The position numbers were made by a program, and so were the translations under genes. Below, one piece after another: positions 1 to 10,957 of a stretch of DNA of 64,000 bases. Location: the IMG/VR virus record IMGVR_UViG_3300034418_007971, positions 7,489-71,488 of that record; one strand, given 5' to 3'. The notes under the pieces were generated by a model, which saw nothing but the letters and a program-made list of their open reading frames with translations, searched no databases and was not told the DNA's origin. Position 1 is the first letter of the stretch. Each line of letters begins with the position of its first letter. Source of the DNA: a virus.

Positions 1-315
1 AGAAATTTTGTAATAGTTTCTAACGATAGTTTAAGAGATTTAAACGTAAAATATACTGATTTTATCTCAGTTCCTTTAGTAAATTGTTTCTTAGATAAAG
101 AAAGAATTAAAAAAGAAATGATAGATATCTCAGAAAAATATGACAATGTGGTTTTTGGTATGTCTTCCTCTATGGCAACAAATGTTATAGTGGATGAGTT
201 ATATGATGTAATAGGTGATAAATGTAGTATGATAGATTTTGGTTCTATATGGGACCCGTTTGTCGGAAGAAATACAAGAGGATACCATAAAGATTATGTA
301 AAAATGAAGTTATGA
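1..315 (+). CDS. Putative glycosyltransferase (GT-D/DUF1792-like), 5'-truncated
   Basis: Frame is open from position 1. C-terminal '...ATNVIVDELY...MIDFGSIWD' resembles GT-D-fold ends. Lies next to other GT genes. Confidence 0.4.
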   Translation, partial: RNFVIVSNDSLRDLNVKYTDFISVPLVNCFLDKERIKKEMIDISEKYDNVVFGMSSSMATNVIVDELYDVIGDKCSMIDFGSIWDPFVGRNTRGYHKDYVKMKL

Positions 316-1022
316 TTAATTGTATACCCTATGGTGGTATATCTAATCGGATGAAATGTATAATTTCGTCAATCGCAGAATATGAAAAAATAAACCTACA
401 GTGGGACACTAAACCCTCCGTTGGTGGTGTAAGGTGTGAATTCTCAGATTTGTATGAGAATACTTTTAAATGTGACTATAATGAAAGTGTATCAGATTGT
501 CAGTTTATTCACCCTAATATGAACACTCACAACACCAACATTGGAAAGGACGATATAGACTTTAGTATACAACAAAAATACATCGAAGTAATAAATAATC
601 TACGTCCCATAGATTATATAAAAGAAAGAGTGTCTATTGAAAAAGATTATTTAGGTGAGTTTGATACTGTATCTGTTAGGACATTTAAAAGTTTTCCAAG
701 AGAATATAAATCATGGGGTCATAAATTTAAAATAGAAAAGTTATATAAATATATGGATAATATTAAACACAAAATATTATTAACTTGTGATGATGAGGAC
801 ACAGTATGTCATCTCAAAGAAAGATATGACGTATACACCACTATTAAAAGAACAAAATTTGGAGACTTCTCAAGTGTAGAAGGAATGCAAGATATATTAA
901 TTGATTTATATCTTGGTGGTTTATCTAAAAATATATATGGCACTAAGGAAAGTAGTTTTACAGAAATGCAGTGGTGGTTGGGCCAATGTAAATCTAATTA
1001 TATAAACATGGATTTACATTAA
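312..1022 (+). CDS. Putative fucosyltransferase-like glycosyltransferase (NodZ/GT11/GT23-like)
   Basis: N-terminal GGISNRM; SVR (HxR-like); 'LTCDD'; 'DLYL...IYGT..SSF' C-terminal motif of alpha-fucosyltransferase folds. Confidence 0.55.
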   Translation: MINCIPYGGISNRMKCIISSIAEYEKINLQWDTKPSVGGVRCEFSDLYENTFKCDYNESVSDCQFIHPNMNTHNTNIGKDDIDFSIQQKYIEVINNLRPIDYIKERVSIEKDYLGEFDTVSVRTFKSFPREYKSWGHKFKIEKLYKYMDNIKHKILLTCDDEDTVCHLKERYDVYTTIKRTKFGDFSSVEGMQDILIDLYLGGLSKNIYGTKESSFTEMQWWLGQCKSNYINMDLH

Positions 1023-1054
1023 CTGAAAAAAGATTAAATTTTAAAAAAAATTAC

Positions 1055-1738
1055 ATGCCATACAAAGTAGTTAAAAAAGAAGAGATAAAGAGTATAATTG
1101 GGAAAGTTTCAAGGAAGAAGTTTTTATCTGAAAATCAAAAAGTATATTATAATGAATTAATAGATAATGAAATAACAATATGCTCTGGTCCTGCAGGTGT
1201 AGGTAAATCATATGTCGCAATGAGGGCGGCTATAGATTTACTAATGGATGATACAAATTCATATGAAAAAATTATTATAGTTAGACCCGCTGTTGAAGCG
1301 GAAGAGAAACTAGGTTCTTTACCTGGTAATTTAGAAGAAAAATTAGACCCGTATATATTTCCATCATATTATCTTTTAAATAAAATAATAGGAAAAGAAT
1401 CAAGAGAAAAATTAAAACAAAATGATGTTATTGAGGTGTTCGCATTGGCATATATGAGAGGTATGAATATAGATAACTCAATATTAATTTTTGAAGAAGC
1501 TCAAAACTCAACACCGTCACAAATGAAATTGTTACTTACACGTATTGGGTTTAATTCTAAGTTTTTTATATCTGGTGATGTTGAACAAACTGATAGATAT
1601 AGAGATAAGACACAATCGGGTTTATATGATGCCTTAAATAGATTTCGCGAAATAGAAAGAATAGGTGTGTTTGAGTTTGAGAATAAGGATGTAATTAGAA
1701 ATCCTTTGATAAGTAAGATTTTAGATAAGTACGAGTAA
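1055..1738 (+). CDS. phoH: PhoH-family ATPase
   Basis: GPAGVGKS Walker A, RPAVEAEEKLGSLPG, LAYMRG, EEAQN, GDVEQTD, RNPLI motifs. Confidence 0.95.
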   Translation: MPYKVVKKEEIKSIIGKVSRKKFLSENQKVYYNELIDNEITICSGPAGVGKSYVAMRAAIDLLMDDTNSYEKIIIVRPAVEAEEKLGSLPGNLEEKLDPYIFPSYYLLNKIIGKESREKLKQNDVIEVFALAYMRGMNIDNSILIFEEAQNSTPSQMKLLLTRIGFNSKFFISGDVEQTDRYRDKTQSGLYDALNRFREIERIGVFEFENKDVIRNPLISKILDKYE

Positions 1739-2379
1739 TGAAAATTGCATTTGACTTAAATGGTGTAATTAGAGATGTTTTTCTAAAAACTGAGCAAGTT
1801 TATACTAAATTCTATTTAGAGGAAAAAGACGATGAGGTTGTGTCTAAGTACAACGAGGAAACTGAAAAATGGGAAGAAGAAACTAAATCTGATGGTTTCG
1901 AGTATGGATTAGAGTTACCTGTTACTTCCATGAATTTAATAGACCACTTTAAATTTGAGACTCCTGATGATTTATACAACTTTTTTTATGTGGATTTTCC
2001 GATGAACATTTTTGGTCACAGTCCTTCAATAAGCGGTAATACATTTAATATTTTAAACGACTTATATATTGATTATAGAGATGAAAATGAAATTTATATT
2101 ATATCAGATGAAATCGGTAAATCTAAACCAGCAACATTGTTTTTCTTATCCAAATATGGGTGTTTAGTAGAAAACATTAAATTTTATTCTAAGTCTACTT
2201 TAGAGCATACTTTTGATGAGTTTGATATTATTATTACATCAAATCCGGATTTTTTATCAAAAGATTCAAATAGTAAAAAAATTATAAAGGTTAATACAAC
2301 TTACAATCAGAATTATGAATCCGATTTTACGATTGATGATATTTCGGAGGTTAATGATATATTTAAAAAAATAATTTAA
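1738..2379 (+). CDS. HAD-superfamily 5'(3')-nucleotidase-like protein
   Basis: N-terminal KIAFDLNGVIRD (HAD motif I, DxD changed to DxN); C-terminal 'NTTYN'. Confidence 0.55.
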   Translation: MKIAFDLNGVIRDVFLKTEQVYTKFYLEEKDDEVVSKYNEETEKWEEETKSDGFEYGLELPVTSMNLIDHFKFETPDDLYNFFYVDFPMNIFGHSPSISGNTFNILNDLYIDYRDENEIYIISDEIGKSKPATLFFLSKYGCLVENIKFYSKSTLEHTFDEFDIIITSNPDFLSKDSNSKKIIKVNTTYNQNYESDFTIDDISEVNDIFKKII

Positions 2380-2381
2380 TA

Positions 2382-2651
2382 ATGTTAGAAGTTTTAGGTG
2401 AACTATATTATATAGATTTAGATAATGTTAGTAACACTATCGATATGTCTGATGACAATTTTTCAGGTGAAACTGAACAAACCATAAATTTGGTATCTTT
2501 TGAAGTTATAAAAATGATGTTAGAAATTATAATGACAGAAAGAGAAGAAATAGATAATAATTTGGGCGTACACAATACTAAAGATTTAAGTATTCCTTTT
2601 AGGATTGCTTTTAATACTTTATTAAAACATCAAATATTAAAACATTTATAA
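2382..2651 (+). CDS. Hypothetical protein
   Basis: 89-aa ORF tightly packed in the operon. Confidence 0.7.
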   Translation: MLEVLGELYYIDLDNVSNTIDMSDDNFSGETEQTINLVSFEVIKMMLEIIMTEREEIDNNLGVHNTKDLSIPFRIAFNTLLKHQILKHL

Positions 2652-2653
2652 AA

Positions 2654-3718
2654 ATGAATGAAGAAACAATATTAAAAGTAGAACAATCTGTTAAAAATTT
2701 ATCAGATAAAAGTTGTCGAATTTATTTTTTGTGTCAAGACACAAAAGGTAATGCAAAGGCAGGTGTTAAAATGATATATGATATGGCATTAACACTAAAG
2801 AATGATGGTTTTAATACCATAATAATGCACGAAAAAAATGACTATGCAGGTGTTGAATCTTGGTTAGGTGAGGAGTATATGAATATCCCTCATTCTTCTA
2901 TTGAAAATCAGGATTTGAAAGTGTCTCCTGAAGATTTTATAGTTATTCCTGAGATATATGGGCACGTTATGGAACAGATATCTAAATTATCTTGTGCAAA
3001 AATTGTTTTATGTCAGGCATACGACCACATGTTAGAAACATTACAACCTGGTACATCTTGGACCACACATGGATTTAATAAATGTATAACTACTAACGAA
3101 AAACAAAAAGAGTATGTTGCTGAAATTATGACAAATGTTAGTTTTGACGTAGTTGAGCCGTTAATTAGTGATGAGTTTTCACCTAAAGATTTACCGTCCA
3201 AACCAATAGTTTCGATACACACAAGAGAACAAAGAGATACGATGAAAATAATAAAAACTTTTTACCTAAAGTATCCACAATATAGGTGGATTACTTTTAG
3301 AGATATGAGAGGTTTGTCACCTAAAGAATTTTCAGAGTATTTAAAAGACTCATTTGTATCTGTGTGGGTTGATGATACTTCAGGTTTTGGTACATTCCCG
3401 TTAGAGTCTATGATTACTAGAACACCTGTTATTGGAAAAGTTCCTAATCTTAAACCTGAGTGGTTAAATGATGAGAATGGTGTTTGGACATATGAACAAA
3501 ACAACATTCACGATATTTTAGCAGAGTTCATTCAAAATTGGTTGGAAGATAATATTAATGAGGATTTATATGATAAAGGTGTTGAGACCTCTCAAAAATA
3601 TAATAACAAAGAGGATTTTGATAGTAAGGTTATATCTCTGTTTGATACATATATCTCTCAAAGAAAAGAGGTCTTTGAGAGTCAGTTAGAAAAAATAAAA
3701 GTTGAAGAAGAAGGATAA
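2654..3718 (+). CDS. GT-B (GT4-like) glycosyltransferase
   Basis: AGVKMIYD; VIPE; 'SGFGTFPLESM...PVIG' matches the GT4 EGFGLPxLEAM motif. Confidence 0.75.
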   Translation: MNEETILKVEQSVKNLSDKSCRIYFLCQDTKGNAKAGVKMIYDMALTLKNDGFNTIIMHEKNDYAGVESWLGEEYMNIPHSSIENQDLKVSPEDFIVIPEIYGHVMEQISKLSCAKIVLCQAYDHMLETLQPGTSWTTHGFNKCITTNEKQKEYVAEIMTNVSFDVVEPLISDEFSPKDLPSKPIVSIHTREQRDTMKIIKTFYLKYPQYRWITFRDMRGLSPKEFSEYLKDSFVSVWVDDTSGFGTFPLESMITRTPVIGKVPNLKPEWLNDENGVWTYEQNNIHDILAEFIQNWLEDNINEDLYDKGVETSQKYNNKEDFDSKVISLFDTYISQRKEVFESQLEKIKVEEEG

Positions 3719-3720
3719 AA

Positions 3721-4551
3721 ATGGAAAATTTAAATATATCTGTAGTATTACCAATAGAGTCGTCAAAACATAAAAATTTTGATTTACTTTTCAAATCTTG
3801 TATTACATCAATCAGTAATCAAGTTAAAGAATGCCCTAAAAGAGGAAAGTGTGTGGAGGATATTGAGTTAGTCCTTGTGCACTCAGGAGAAGAGTCCTTA
3901 GAGTCATATATAAGTAATTTTGATTTTAGTGGTATAACTACTAATATCATACATAATACAGGTGAAACCGACTTTTGTAGTCAAATAAACTTGGGTGTTG
4001 AAAAATCAACTCATGAATGGGTAAGTATTTTTGAATTTGATGATGAGTACTCAAGTATTTGGTTTAAGAATGTTTCTAGATATATCGATTCATACCCTGA
4101 GGTTAAAGCGTTTTTACCTTTAGTTGTTGATACCGATGAGAAAGGGGTGTTCGCTGGATTCACAAATGAAGCTACGTTTGCCGCCAACATGAATAGTGAG
4201 ATTGGATATCTAACAAACGAAGTTTTGTTAAACTATCAAAATTTTCAAACAAGTGGTATGGTATTTAAAAAGTCACTATTCGATGATTTTGGAGGGTTTA
4301 AAAAATCAATTAGGTTAACTTTTGTATATGAGTTATTATTAAGATTAACTTATAATTCAACAAAAATTATGACTATTCCAAGAATAGGGTATAAACATTC
4401 TAATATGAGAGAAGGTTCAGTATTTTGGAACTACAAATTTGGTTCTACTCCGCTTACAGAAGATGAGGTCGCTTTTTGGATTGATTCAGCTAAAAAAGAA
4501 CATTTCTTTAAAGAAGATAGAAATATAAAGTATGAATTAGGTGAAGTTTAA
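3721..4551 (+). CDS. GT-A (GT2-like) glycosyltransferase
   Basis: ISVVLP start, 'INLGV...EWVSIFEFDD' DxD-type motif, 'FDDFGGF'. Confidence 0.75.
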   Translation: MENLNISVVLPIESSKHKNFDLLFKSCITSISNQVKECPKRGKCVEDIELVLVHSGEESLESYISNFDFSGITTNIIHNTGETDFCSQINLGVEKSTHEWVSIFEFDDEYSSIWFKNVSRYIDSYPEVKAFLPLVVDTDEKGVFAGFTNEATFAANMNSEIGYLTNEVLLNYQNFQTSGMVFKKSLFDDFGGFKKSIRLTFVYELLLRLTYNSTKIMTIPRIGYKHSNMREGSVFWNYKFGSTPLTEDEVAFWIDSAKKEHFFKEDRNIKYELGEV

Positions 4552-5294
4552 TGACGATTTCTGGAGATAATAAAAATTCCGAAGTCAAAAAACGGGGGAG
4601 AAAGGCTAAGGCTCAAAATTATTTTGATGTGAGGGAAGAAAAAGCAGTAAGAATGTTTCTTACTGCTTCTACGTGGAATGAAAAAAATCAAATTTATAAT
4701 GAGTATTTAAGGGCTCCTTTAGACAAAATGATTGAGTCTATTATTAGGAGATATAAGTTATATCGAAAAAATATGGATTTTGTTGATATCCACAATGATA
4801 CTCATTCATTTTTAATGACTAAAGTTGAAAAGTTCAAACCCGACAAAAACAAAAAAGCCTATTCCTATTTTGGTACTATATGTAAAAATTATCTTATGGG
4901 TCAAATTATTAAAGACCAAAAAGAACAAAATAGAAAAATATCGTATGAGGATATTACAACTAAGTTAGAGAGTAGACCTGATATGATATATTATTTGGAG
5001 TACGAAAAAGTAACTGCGGAACAAGTAATAAAAGAGTTTTTAAAAGAACTAGAAAAATTTATAGAAGATTCTTCTTTAAATAATAATGAAATAAAATTAG
5101 GATATGCTCTATTAGAGTTATTTGATAATTATGAAGAAATTTTTATAGGTACTGACAATAATAAGTTTAATAAAAACATTATCTTACTTTCTTTGCGTGA
5201 AATGACTAATATGAGTACTAAAGAGATTAGAACTTCTATGAAAAAATTTAAAAATTTGTATTTTGATTTAACAGTTAAGCTTAATAATTTATAA
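4551..5294 (+). CDS. Phage late-transcription sigma factor (T4 gp55-like)
   Basis: Sigma region-2 pattern 'KVEKFKPDKNKKAYSYFGTICKNYL' (compare gp55 FDP..NPFAYFTQI). Confidence 0.75.
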   Translation: MTISGDNKNSEVKKRGRKAKAQNYFDVREEKAVRMFLTASTWNEKNQIYNEYLRAPLDKMIESIIRRYKLYRKNMDFVDIHNDTHSFLMTKVEKFKPDKNKKAYSYFGTICKNYLMGQIIKDQKEQNRKISYEDITTKLESRPDMIYYLEYEKVTAEQVIKEFLKELEKFIEDSSLNNNEIKLGYALLELFDNYEEIFIGTDNNKFNKNIILLSLREMTNMSTKEIRTSMKKFKNLYFDLTVKLNNL

Positions 5295-5321
5295 AACCCA
5301 TATTTAAATATTTATAGTATT

Positions 5322-5693
5322 ATGGGAAGACCTAAGAAAAAAGAAATTGTTTTAAGTAAAGACTCTGTGTTGAGTTTAATGCAAGAGATTTATAATGAAC
5401 TTGTTGAGCAAAGGGCCACGGCAATAAGGATACAGAATAAAATGTTAGGGTTGTTGAAAGGTGCTGAAGATATGGCAGTTATTGGTCCTGTTATTAAAGA
5501 ACAACAGAAAATCATAAACGACACTATCGAAAAAAAATTATCTTTATCTAAGTTACAATCATCTATATGGGAAAAATCGTCAAATACGTCTGAAGAGGAA
5601 TTTAATTTATCAGAGATGGATGACGATGTTTTACAAGCCCTAATACAAAAAGATTTAGACAAAGAAAATGATGATGGTTATAAAATGACTTAA
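5322..5693 (+). CDS. Hypothetical coiled-coil protein
   Basis: 123-aa ORF directly after a TATTTATA motif; first gene of a structural operon. Confidence 0.7.
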   Translation: MGRPKKKEIVLSKDSVLSLMQEIYNELVEQRATAIRIQNKMLGLLKGAEDMAVIGPVIKEQQKIINDTIEKKLSLSKLQSSIWEKSSNTSEEEFNLSEMDDDVLQALIQKDLDKENDDGYKMT

Positions 5694-5695
5694 TC

Positions 5696-7642
5696 ATGGC
5701 AATAGACGTAAAACAGGGTTATAGAGACGCCACAACAAAGATTAACTCATATAACACCACAATTTCAACGCAAGCGACAGAAAAAACTCTTAAAAAACTA
5801 TCTTTAGGAGATAATTTTGAATTATCTAAAAGTGAATCGTTAAAACAACTTAACGATATTGGGGACACCCAACAAAGACTTCAAGCTGAAATTAAAAATC
5901 AATATGAAGAGTTAATTGATTTAGTAAAAACATCATTACCTAGTAAGCCTACAAGTAATTCTAATACTATTAATTTTTTAGTAAAACAGGTTTTAACTGC
6001 GTCTCAAAATACTAAAAGTAGAATTTCTGAGGTCGTTGTTGAGGAAAGTTTAAAAGTTGCTGGTTGTTCTCAAGAACAAACGTTTGTTGGTAACGATGAT
6101 AATTCGGGACCTAATAAAATTTACGTTAGGTTAAATCAAATCGACTTATTTAAATTACTTAAGAAAGACCCCTCTGAAGGGTATAATAAAATTCTTTATG
6201 AAAAAGAAGACCCTGTAACAGGAATGATTCCATTTCCAATGGATAAAGAATTATATAATAGGTTACAAAATGAAGGAGTGTCATTAAGTGATGAGTTTGG
6301 AAGTGATTATATTGGAGCGTCTGGTAGACAAATAATGGACGTTAAATACGTTACAGAATATGTACAAAACGGAACAACCTATTATGGGGACTTTTACGAA
6401 ATTACTTTACGTAATAGACCAAACTTAAATAGAGTTTCAGACTTTCTTAGAGATTATTATAAATCAATCGATATGTTAAATTTTGATGGGTTAATGGTAA
6501 AAATTATGAATTCTTTAACTGAGTTTATTGACATATCAGGAGGACTAACCACCTCAGACAAAGAGGAACAATCTAAGTTTGAAAAGATAATACAAAGAAT
6601 TTTAGGTTTATGTTTTGATAGTAATAAGGAAATTGATGTTTCGGGTACCGCAAAATTGTCAACATTAGATAATTTAGATGATTCATTTTTTGAAATGACT
6701 ACTGCAGATTTACGTAATATTGAAAATCAAATTAATAATATGGTTTTAGGCGTTACTGAATTTGAAGATTGCGGAAATGTTAAATTACCTGTTAATACTC
6801 AAGCAATATTTGAAGATATAAATGAAATACGAGACTTACCTGAAAATGAAAAAGTTGACGCATTTATAGAAAAAATTGAAAAATTAGGTAAGGATGAGAA
6901 TTGGAAACTTCAATTACCTGATGGCATCAATATCGATATCGCGATTAAAGATGGTTTATTAAAGGTAATACCTAGAGCTGTTGCGATGACGATACTCTCT
7001 CCCAAAGTATTACTAGGTCTTATGATTATATTGAAGTCATTAGGTAGTGCCATAATAAATGAAATCGAAGATTTTGCGACCTTCATGAAAAATATGAAAA
7101 CTTATTTGGTAAATATGATAAGTAGAATCGCATCTATTTTTGTTGAGGAGTTATTTAAATTACTTAAGAAGAATATTAGACGGTTGGTTGAAACTCTGAT
7201 GGTAGAAATTATAAAGGAGTCTAAAAATGCTCAGTTAAAAGTAATAACAGGTATAGTTTATGTATTACTTCAATTGGCTTCTGCAGTTGTGGACTGGAGA
7301 CAATGTAAAAGTGTAGTTGATGAAATATTAAACCTTCTTAATTTAGCTATACCGGGAGGTAGTAGACCTCCAACATTTGCATTAGCGGCGGCAGGATTAT
7401 TACCTGGAGGTTCACCCACAAGAGCACAAGCTAACATCACTGAAAACATTCAAAAATTAGGACTCCCGACAGGGGATATGCCTGATGGTTCACCTAACTT
7501 ATCACTACCCTCCATATTCCAACAAATAAAAGGTAGTAAAGACGAAGATTTAGAAAATGGAGTGGTCCATAGTTGGTGTGCGCCAGTAGCTGTAGGCCTT
7601 GTAGTCACCGGACCGATAAGATGTACAGGAAAAAGTATGTAA
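5696..7642 (+). CDS. Large hypothetical protein, probable tail/baseplate component
   Basis: 648 aa, immediately upstream of the gp5-like gene. Function inferred from context only. Confidence 0.5.
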   Translation: MAIDVKQGYRDATTKINSYNTTISTQATEKTLKKLSLGDNFELSKSESLKQLNDIGDTQQRLQAEIKNQYEELIDLVKTSLPSKPTSNSNTINFLVKQVLTASQNTKSRISEVVVEESLKVAGCSQEQTFVGNDDNSGPNKIYVRLNQIDLFKLLKKDPSEGYNKILYEKEDPVTGMIPFPMDKELYNRLQNEGVSLSDEFGSDYIGASGRQIMDVKYVTEYVQNGTTYYGDFYEITLRNRPNLNRVSDFLRDYYKSIDMLNFDGLMVKIMNSLTEFIDISGGLTTSDKEEQSKFEKIIQRILGLCFDSNKEIDVSGTAKLSTLDNLDDSFFEMTTADLRNIENQINNMVLGVTEFEDCGNVKLPVNTQAIFEDINEIRDLPENEKVDAFIEKIEKLGKDENWKLQLPDGINIDIAIKDGLLKVIPRAVAMTILSPKVLLGLMIILKSLGSAIINEIEDFATFMKNMKTYLVNMISRIASIFVEELFKLLKKNIRRLVETLMVEIIKESKNAQLKVITGIVYVLLQLASAVVDWRQCKSVVDEILNLLNLAIPGGSRPPTFALAAAGLLPGGSPTRAQANITENIQKLGLPTGDMPDGSPNLSLPSIFQQIKGSKDEDLENGVVHSWCAPVAVGLVVTGPIRCTGKSM

Positions 7643-7643
7643 A

Positions 7644-7841
7644 ATGGATGATAAAATTAAAAATATAATTAATGATTATAAATCTCTACCAAATAAAGAT
7701 TTAGAATTTGGTTTAAATCAAATTAGTGAAGATTTTGAAGATACTAAAAAGTTGATAGTTAGATTAACACATCATTTAGATTCGTTAGAAAATAGTTATA
7801 ATAATATTTTAAAAGAGTATAAATCTCGTAATGCTAAATGA
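7644..7841 (+). CDS. Small coiled-coil hypothetical protein
   Basis: 65-aa ORF translationally coupled to its neighbours. Confidence 0.65.
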   Translation: MDDKIKNIINDYKSLPNKDLEFGLNQISEDFEDTKKLIVRLTHHLDSLENSYNNILKEYKSRNAK

Positions 7842-9424
7842 TTGGTAAAGAAGATAATAGTAGAGAACTCAGGAGGGGTCAAATAATTTACAAAGGTCAG
7901 TGTATTGACAGTAACGACCCTATGCGTTTAGGTCGTATTCGCGCCATATTAAAAACAGAAAACCAATCTGACAGGGAAATTGCAAATGAAAACTATGGTA
8001 AGAAGACTTATCGTAATTGGGATGAAAGAGACCCTTTTGTATTCAAACCATTATTACCTTTTTTTATTAATACTCCCCCTAAAAAAGATGAGTATGTCCA
8101 CTTGTTTTACAATAATATATCAAGAAAAGGGGATAAAGATAAATTTTACATAGGAGGAGTATATAGTTCACCAACAACATCTGAATATGAAAGATATGAT
8201 TCCGCAGTAACTAATTTTGATGAGGGTTCTAGAAATAAACCATTTACTAACTTACTTAATGATGACGGTGAATATTTCTATGAAGACGTTAAAGGTGTAT
8301 ACTCAGAACCTCAAGACGTTACATTATATGGTAGAGGTACCTGTGACATTGTAATTAAAGATGATACAGTATTATTAAGAGCCGGTAAAAACAAAGACTT
8401 TAAAAGAGGTCAAGTACCAAGAAGAAATGAAAAAAGGGCGTTTATACAACTGTCAAAATTTAATCAAAGAACTGTATATGGGGATGCTCAGAAAAAACTT
8501 ATCTTTAATTTCCAACACCAAAACATAAAAAAAATAGTCGAGTATAATATCATTAATCCTGAAAATTCTCAGAATGTTTTTACAGGTAATATATACATAT
8601 ACAACATAGCACAAAAAGATGGATTATCTTTAAGTACAGAAGTAGTTAATGTTGATACTCAAGTACCTGAAACCTCAAAGTCTTTACAAACCACAGTATC
8701 ATTTAGTAGTAAAAGCTTATCAGAGGTCATTAAATTAATTAATGACACATTAGAAGGGTTAATTAAAGGTAATATAGGAAGTATAGTAAACCAAGAGGTG
8801 TCTAATGTGAGTATAAGTGGGCCGCAAAGATTCGACCAGGGTAATACATTCCCATTTTATTTCAGACCCCAAAGTAGTCTATTTAACAAATATGGTGGAG
8901 TTTCCCCAACCACAAACATGCAAGAACAATATAATTTAGGTGTTCTTTTTAATGGAGTTAAAGTGGTTACTCTAGATTTAAGCCCTGGTTATGGATTGGT
9001 TTATGATAAAAATAAGACTGATAGTGTTCCATTTAAACCTACAAAACAAAATCTAATACCAAAAACTACAAAACCTTTTGATAAATCAGTTGGTTTAATC
9101 GGAGGTGATGAAATATACCTACTTTCTCACCTATCACAGAAAACAGATGGGGGTGGTAGAATTGATTTAACCAATACGTTATATGGTATAGATGAGAATA
9201 GAATTGCTGATGAGATAGAACCAAAAACATCCTCGTTAGTAAGGGGTGAAGAATTATTAGACTTAATAAACTTAATAATTAGATATTTGGTAGGTCACGT
9301 ACATGCATATCATGGTTTACCTCCTGTACCACAAAGTATTGATGGTGTTAAAGTGGATGATTTACTTAAAGAGCTATTAGATGCACAGGATAAGATATTG
9401 AATAAGAATATTCGAATTAACTGA
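7838..9424 (+). CDS. Baseplate hub/central spike protein (gp5/gpV-like)
   Basis: N-terminal OB-fold motif 'DPMRLGRIRA' and 'PLLP...PKKDEYV'; C-terminal 'LVRGEEL...HVHAYHG' metal-binding spike tip. Confidence 0.75.
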   Translation: MIGKEDNSRELRRGQIIYKGQCIDSNDPMRLGRIRAILKTENQSDREIANENYGKKTYRNWDERDPFVFKPLLPFFINTPPKKDEYVHLFYNNISRKGDKDKFYIGGVYSSPTTSEYERYDSAVTNFDEGSRNKPFTNLLNDDGEYFYEDVKGVYSEPQDVTLYGRGTCDIVIKDDTVLLRAGKNKDFKRGQVPRRNEKRAFIQLSKFNQRTVYGDAQKKLIFNFQHQNIKKIVEYNIINPENSQNVFTGNIYIYNIAQKDGLSLSTEVVNVDTQVPETSKSLQTTVSFSSKSLSEVIKLINDTLEGLIKGNIGSIVNQEVSNVSISGPQRFDQGNTFPFYFRPQSSLFNKYGGVSPTTNMQEQYNLGVLFNGVKVVTLDLSPGYGLVYDKNKTDSVPFKPTKQNLIPKTTKPFDKSVGLIGGDEIYLLSHLSQKTDGGGRIDLTNTLYGIDENRIADEIEPKTSSLVRGEELLDLINLIIRYLVGHVHAYHGLPPVPQSIDGVKVDDLLKELLDAQDKILNKNIRIN

Positions 9425-9446
9425 ATATTTATTATAAAAACTTAGT

Positions 9447-10955
9447 ATGTCTCTTTACAGGTCTTATTTTAGCAAGAACGATACCCTAATTTATAATTCG
9501 TATACTAATACTGCGAGAAACCCTGTTGTAGAACTATTCTACGGTAATGTAGATAATACAATATCAAGTAAAGGGTTCACAAGGTTTATTTTTGATTTAG
9601 ACCTTAATGATTTAGAAACTAAATTATCTAATGGTGAGATTTCTACTGGGTGTAGTTACAATCTTAAACATACTTTAAGAATGACCAACACATCGTCCTT
9701 TGATAAGGAGTTAATCAATACTAAGTGGTCGAATGGTAGACGGAGAGCGTCTTCATTTGATTTAGTTTTATTTAGAATACCTAAAACATCTGGTACAACA
9801 GGTAACCCCCAAACATGGGATGAAGGTGTAGGTCAAGACTATTATAAAGGGAGTCCGATAGGTACTTCAAATACTGTCGCAGTTAAAAATGTTGTTGAGA
9901 CTGACAACTCATACTCAGACAGACCCGTAAACTGGTTTCAAAGGTCCACAGTAAAAGATTGGACTGAAGATGGTATCTATGACAACTCAAACTCTTTAAC
10001 GTCCTTAACGGGTCTTAATTACAGTGCAATAACTATTGTAGACACTCAACACTTTGAGTTTGGTAATGAGGATATAGAATTTGATATGACAAATGAAATA
10101 AATGATATTTTAACAGGTGGTACTACGGGTTCTACAGGTTGGGGTATCGCTTTTGTCCCTGATGTAGAAAATATTACAGGGTTAACTGAGAACTACTCGG
10201 TTGGTTTCTTCTCAAGACACACCCAAACATTTTACGAGCCATTCTTGGAAACGTCATTTAATGATTTAATTCAAGATGATAGAAACACATTCTACGAAAA
10301 AAGAAACAATAAATTATATCTTTATTCTTTTAGGTATGGGGTACCTCAAAGTTTCGACAGTAACCCAACAGTCGATATATTAGATTCTAATGGTGATGCA
10401 GTTGCAGGATTTACAGGATTAACAACTTGTCAAATACAAAAAGGGGTCTATGAGGTTAGTGTAAGTGGTTTAACCTCATCTACTATACCTTGTGTGTTTT
10501 ATGATAACTGGAAAGGTATATCGATTAACGGTGTCTCATTGAACACTGTTGAAAATCAATTTATTGTTAACCCTCTTTCTGACTTATATCAGATTGGTAT
10601 GGAAGATAATGAGCCGAGTCTGTATGGTTTTGATTTCTACGGAATAAAACAGGACGAAAAAATATTAAATACTGACACTAGAAAAGTTAATGTCGTATTA
10701 AAGAAAGCATATACAACTAATGAAGTTTTAACTCAAGTAGACGCGTATTATAGAGTTTACGTTAGAGAAGGTCAAACAGAAGTTCAAGTTGAAGATTGGA
10801 CACCTATAAACAGAACCCCTAATGGTTATTACTTTATTTTTGAAACTAAAGACAAAATTCCGAATGAATATTTCATTGATATCAAGGTCATTACAGACCG
10901 GGAGGTTAATACCTATAAACGAGAGTTAAAGTTCCAAATAGTAAACAAAAAGTAA
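9447..10955 (+). CDS. Beta-rich virion structural protein
   Basis: Thr/Gly/Ser-rich 502 aa; late motif upstream; follows the spike gene. Confidence 0.55.
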   Translation: MSLYRSYFSKNDTLIYNSYTNTARNPVVELFYGNVDNTISSKGFTRFIFDLDLNDLETKLSNGEISTGCSYNLKHTLRMTNTSSFDKELINTKWSNGRRRASSFDLVLFRIPKTSGTTGNPQTWDEGVGQDYYKGSPIGTSNTVAVKNVVETDNSYSDRPVNWFQRSTVKDWTEDGIYDNSNSLTSLTGLNYSAITIVDTQHFEFGNEDIEFDMTNEINDILTGGTTGSTGWGIAFVPDVENITGLTENYSVGFFSRHTQTFYEPFLETSFNDLIQDDRNTFYEKRNNKLYLYSFRYGVPQSFDSNPTVDILDSNGDAVAGFTGLTTCQIQKGVYEVSVSGLTSSTIPCVFYDNWKGISINGVSLNTVENQFIVNPLSDLYQIGMEDNEPSLYGFDFYGIKQDEKILNTDTRKVNVVLKKAYTTNEVLTQVDAYYRVYVREGQTEVQVEDWTPINRTPNGYYFIFETKDKIPNEYFIDIKVITDREVNTYKRELKFQIVNKK

Positions 10956-10957
10956 CT

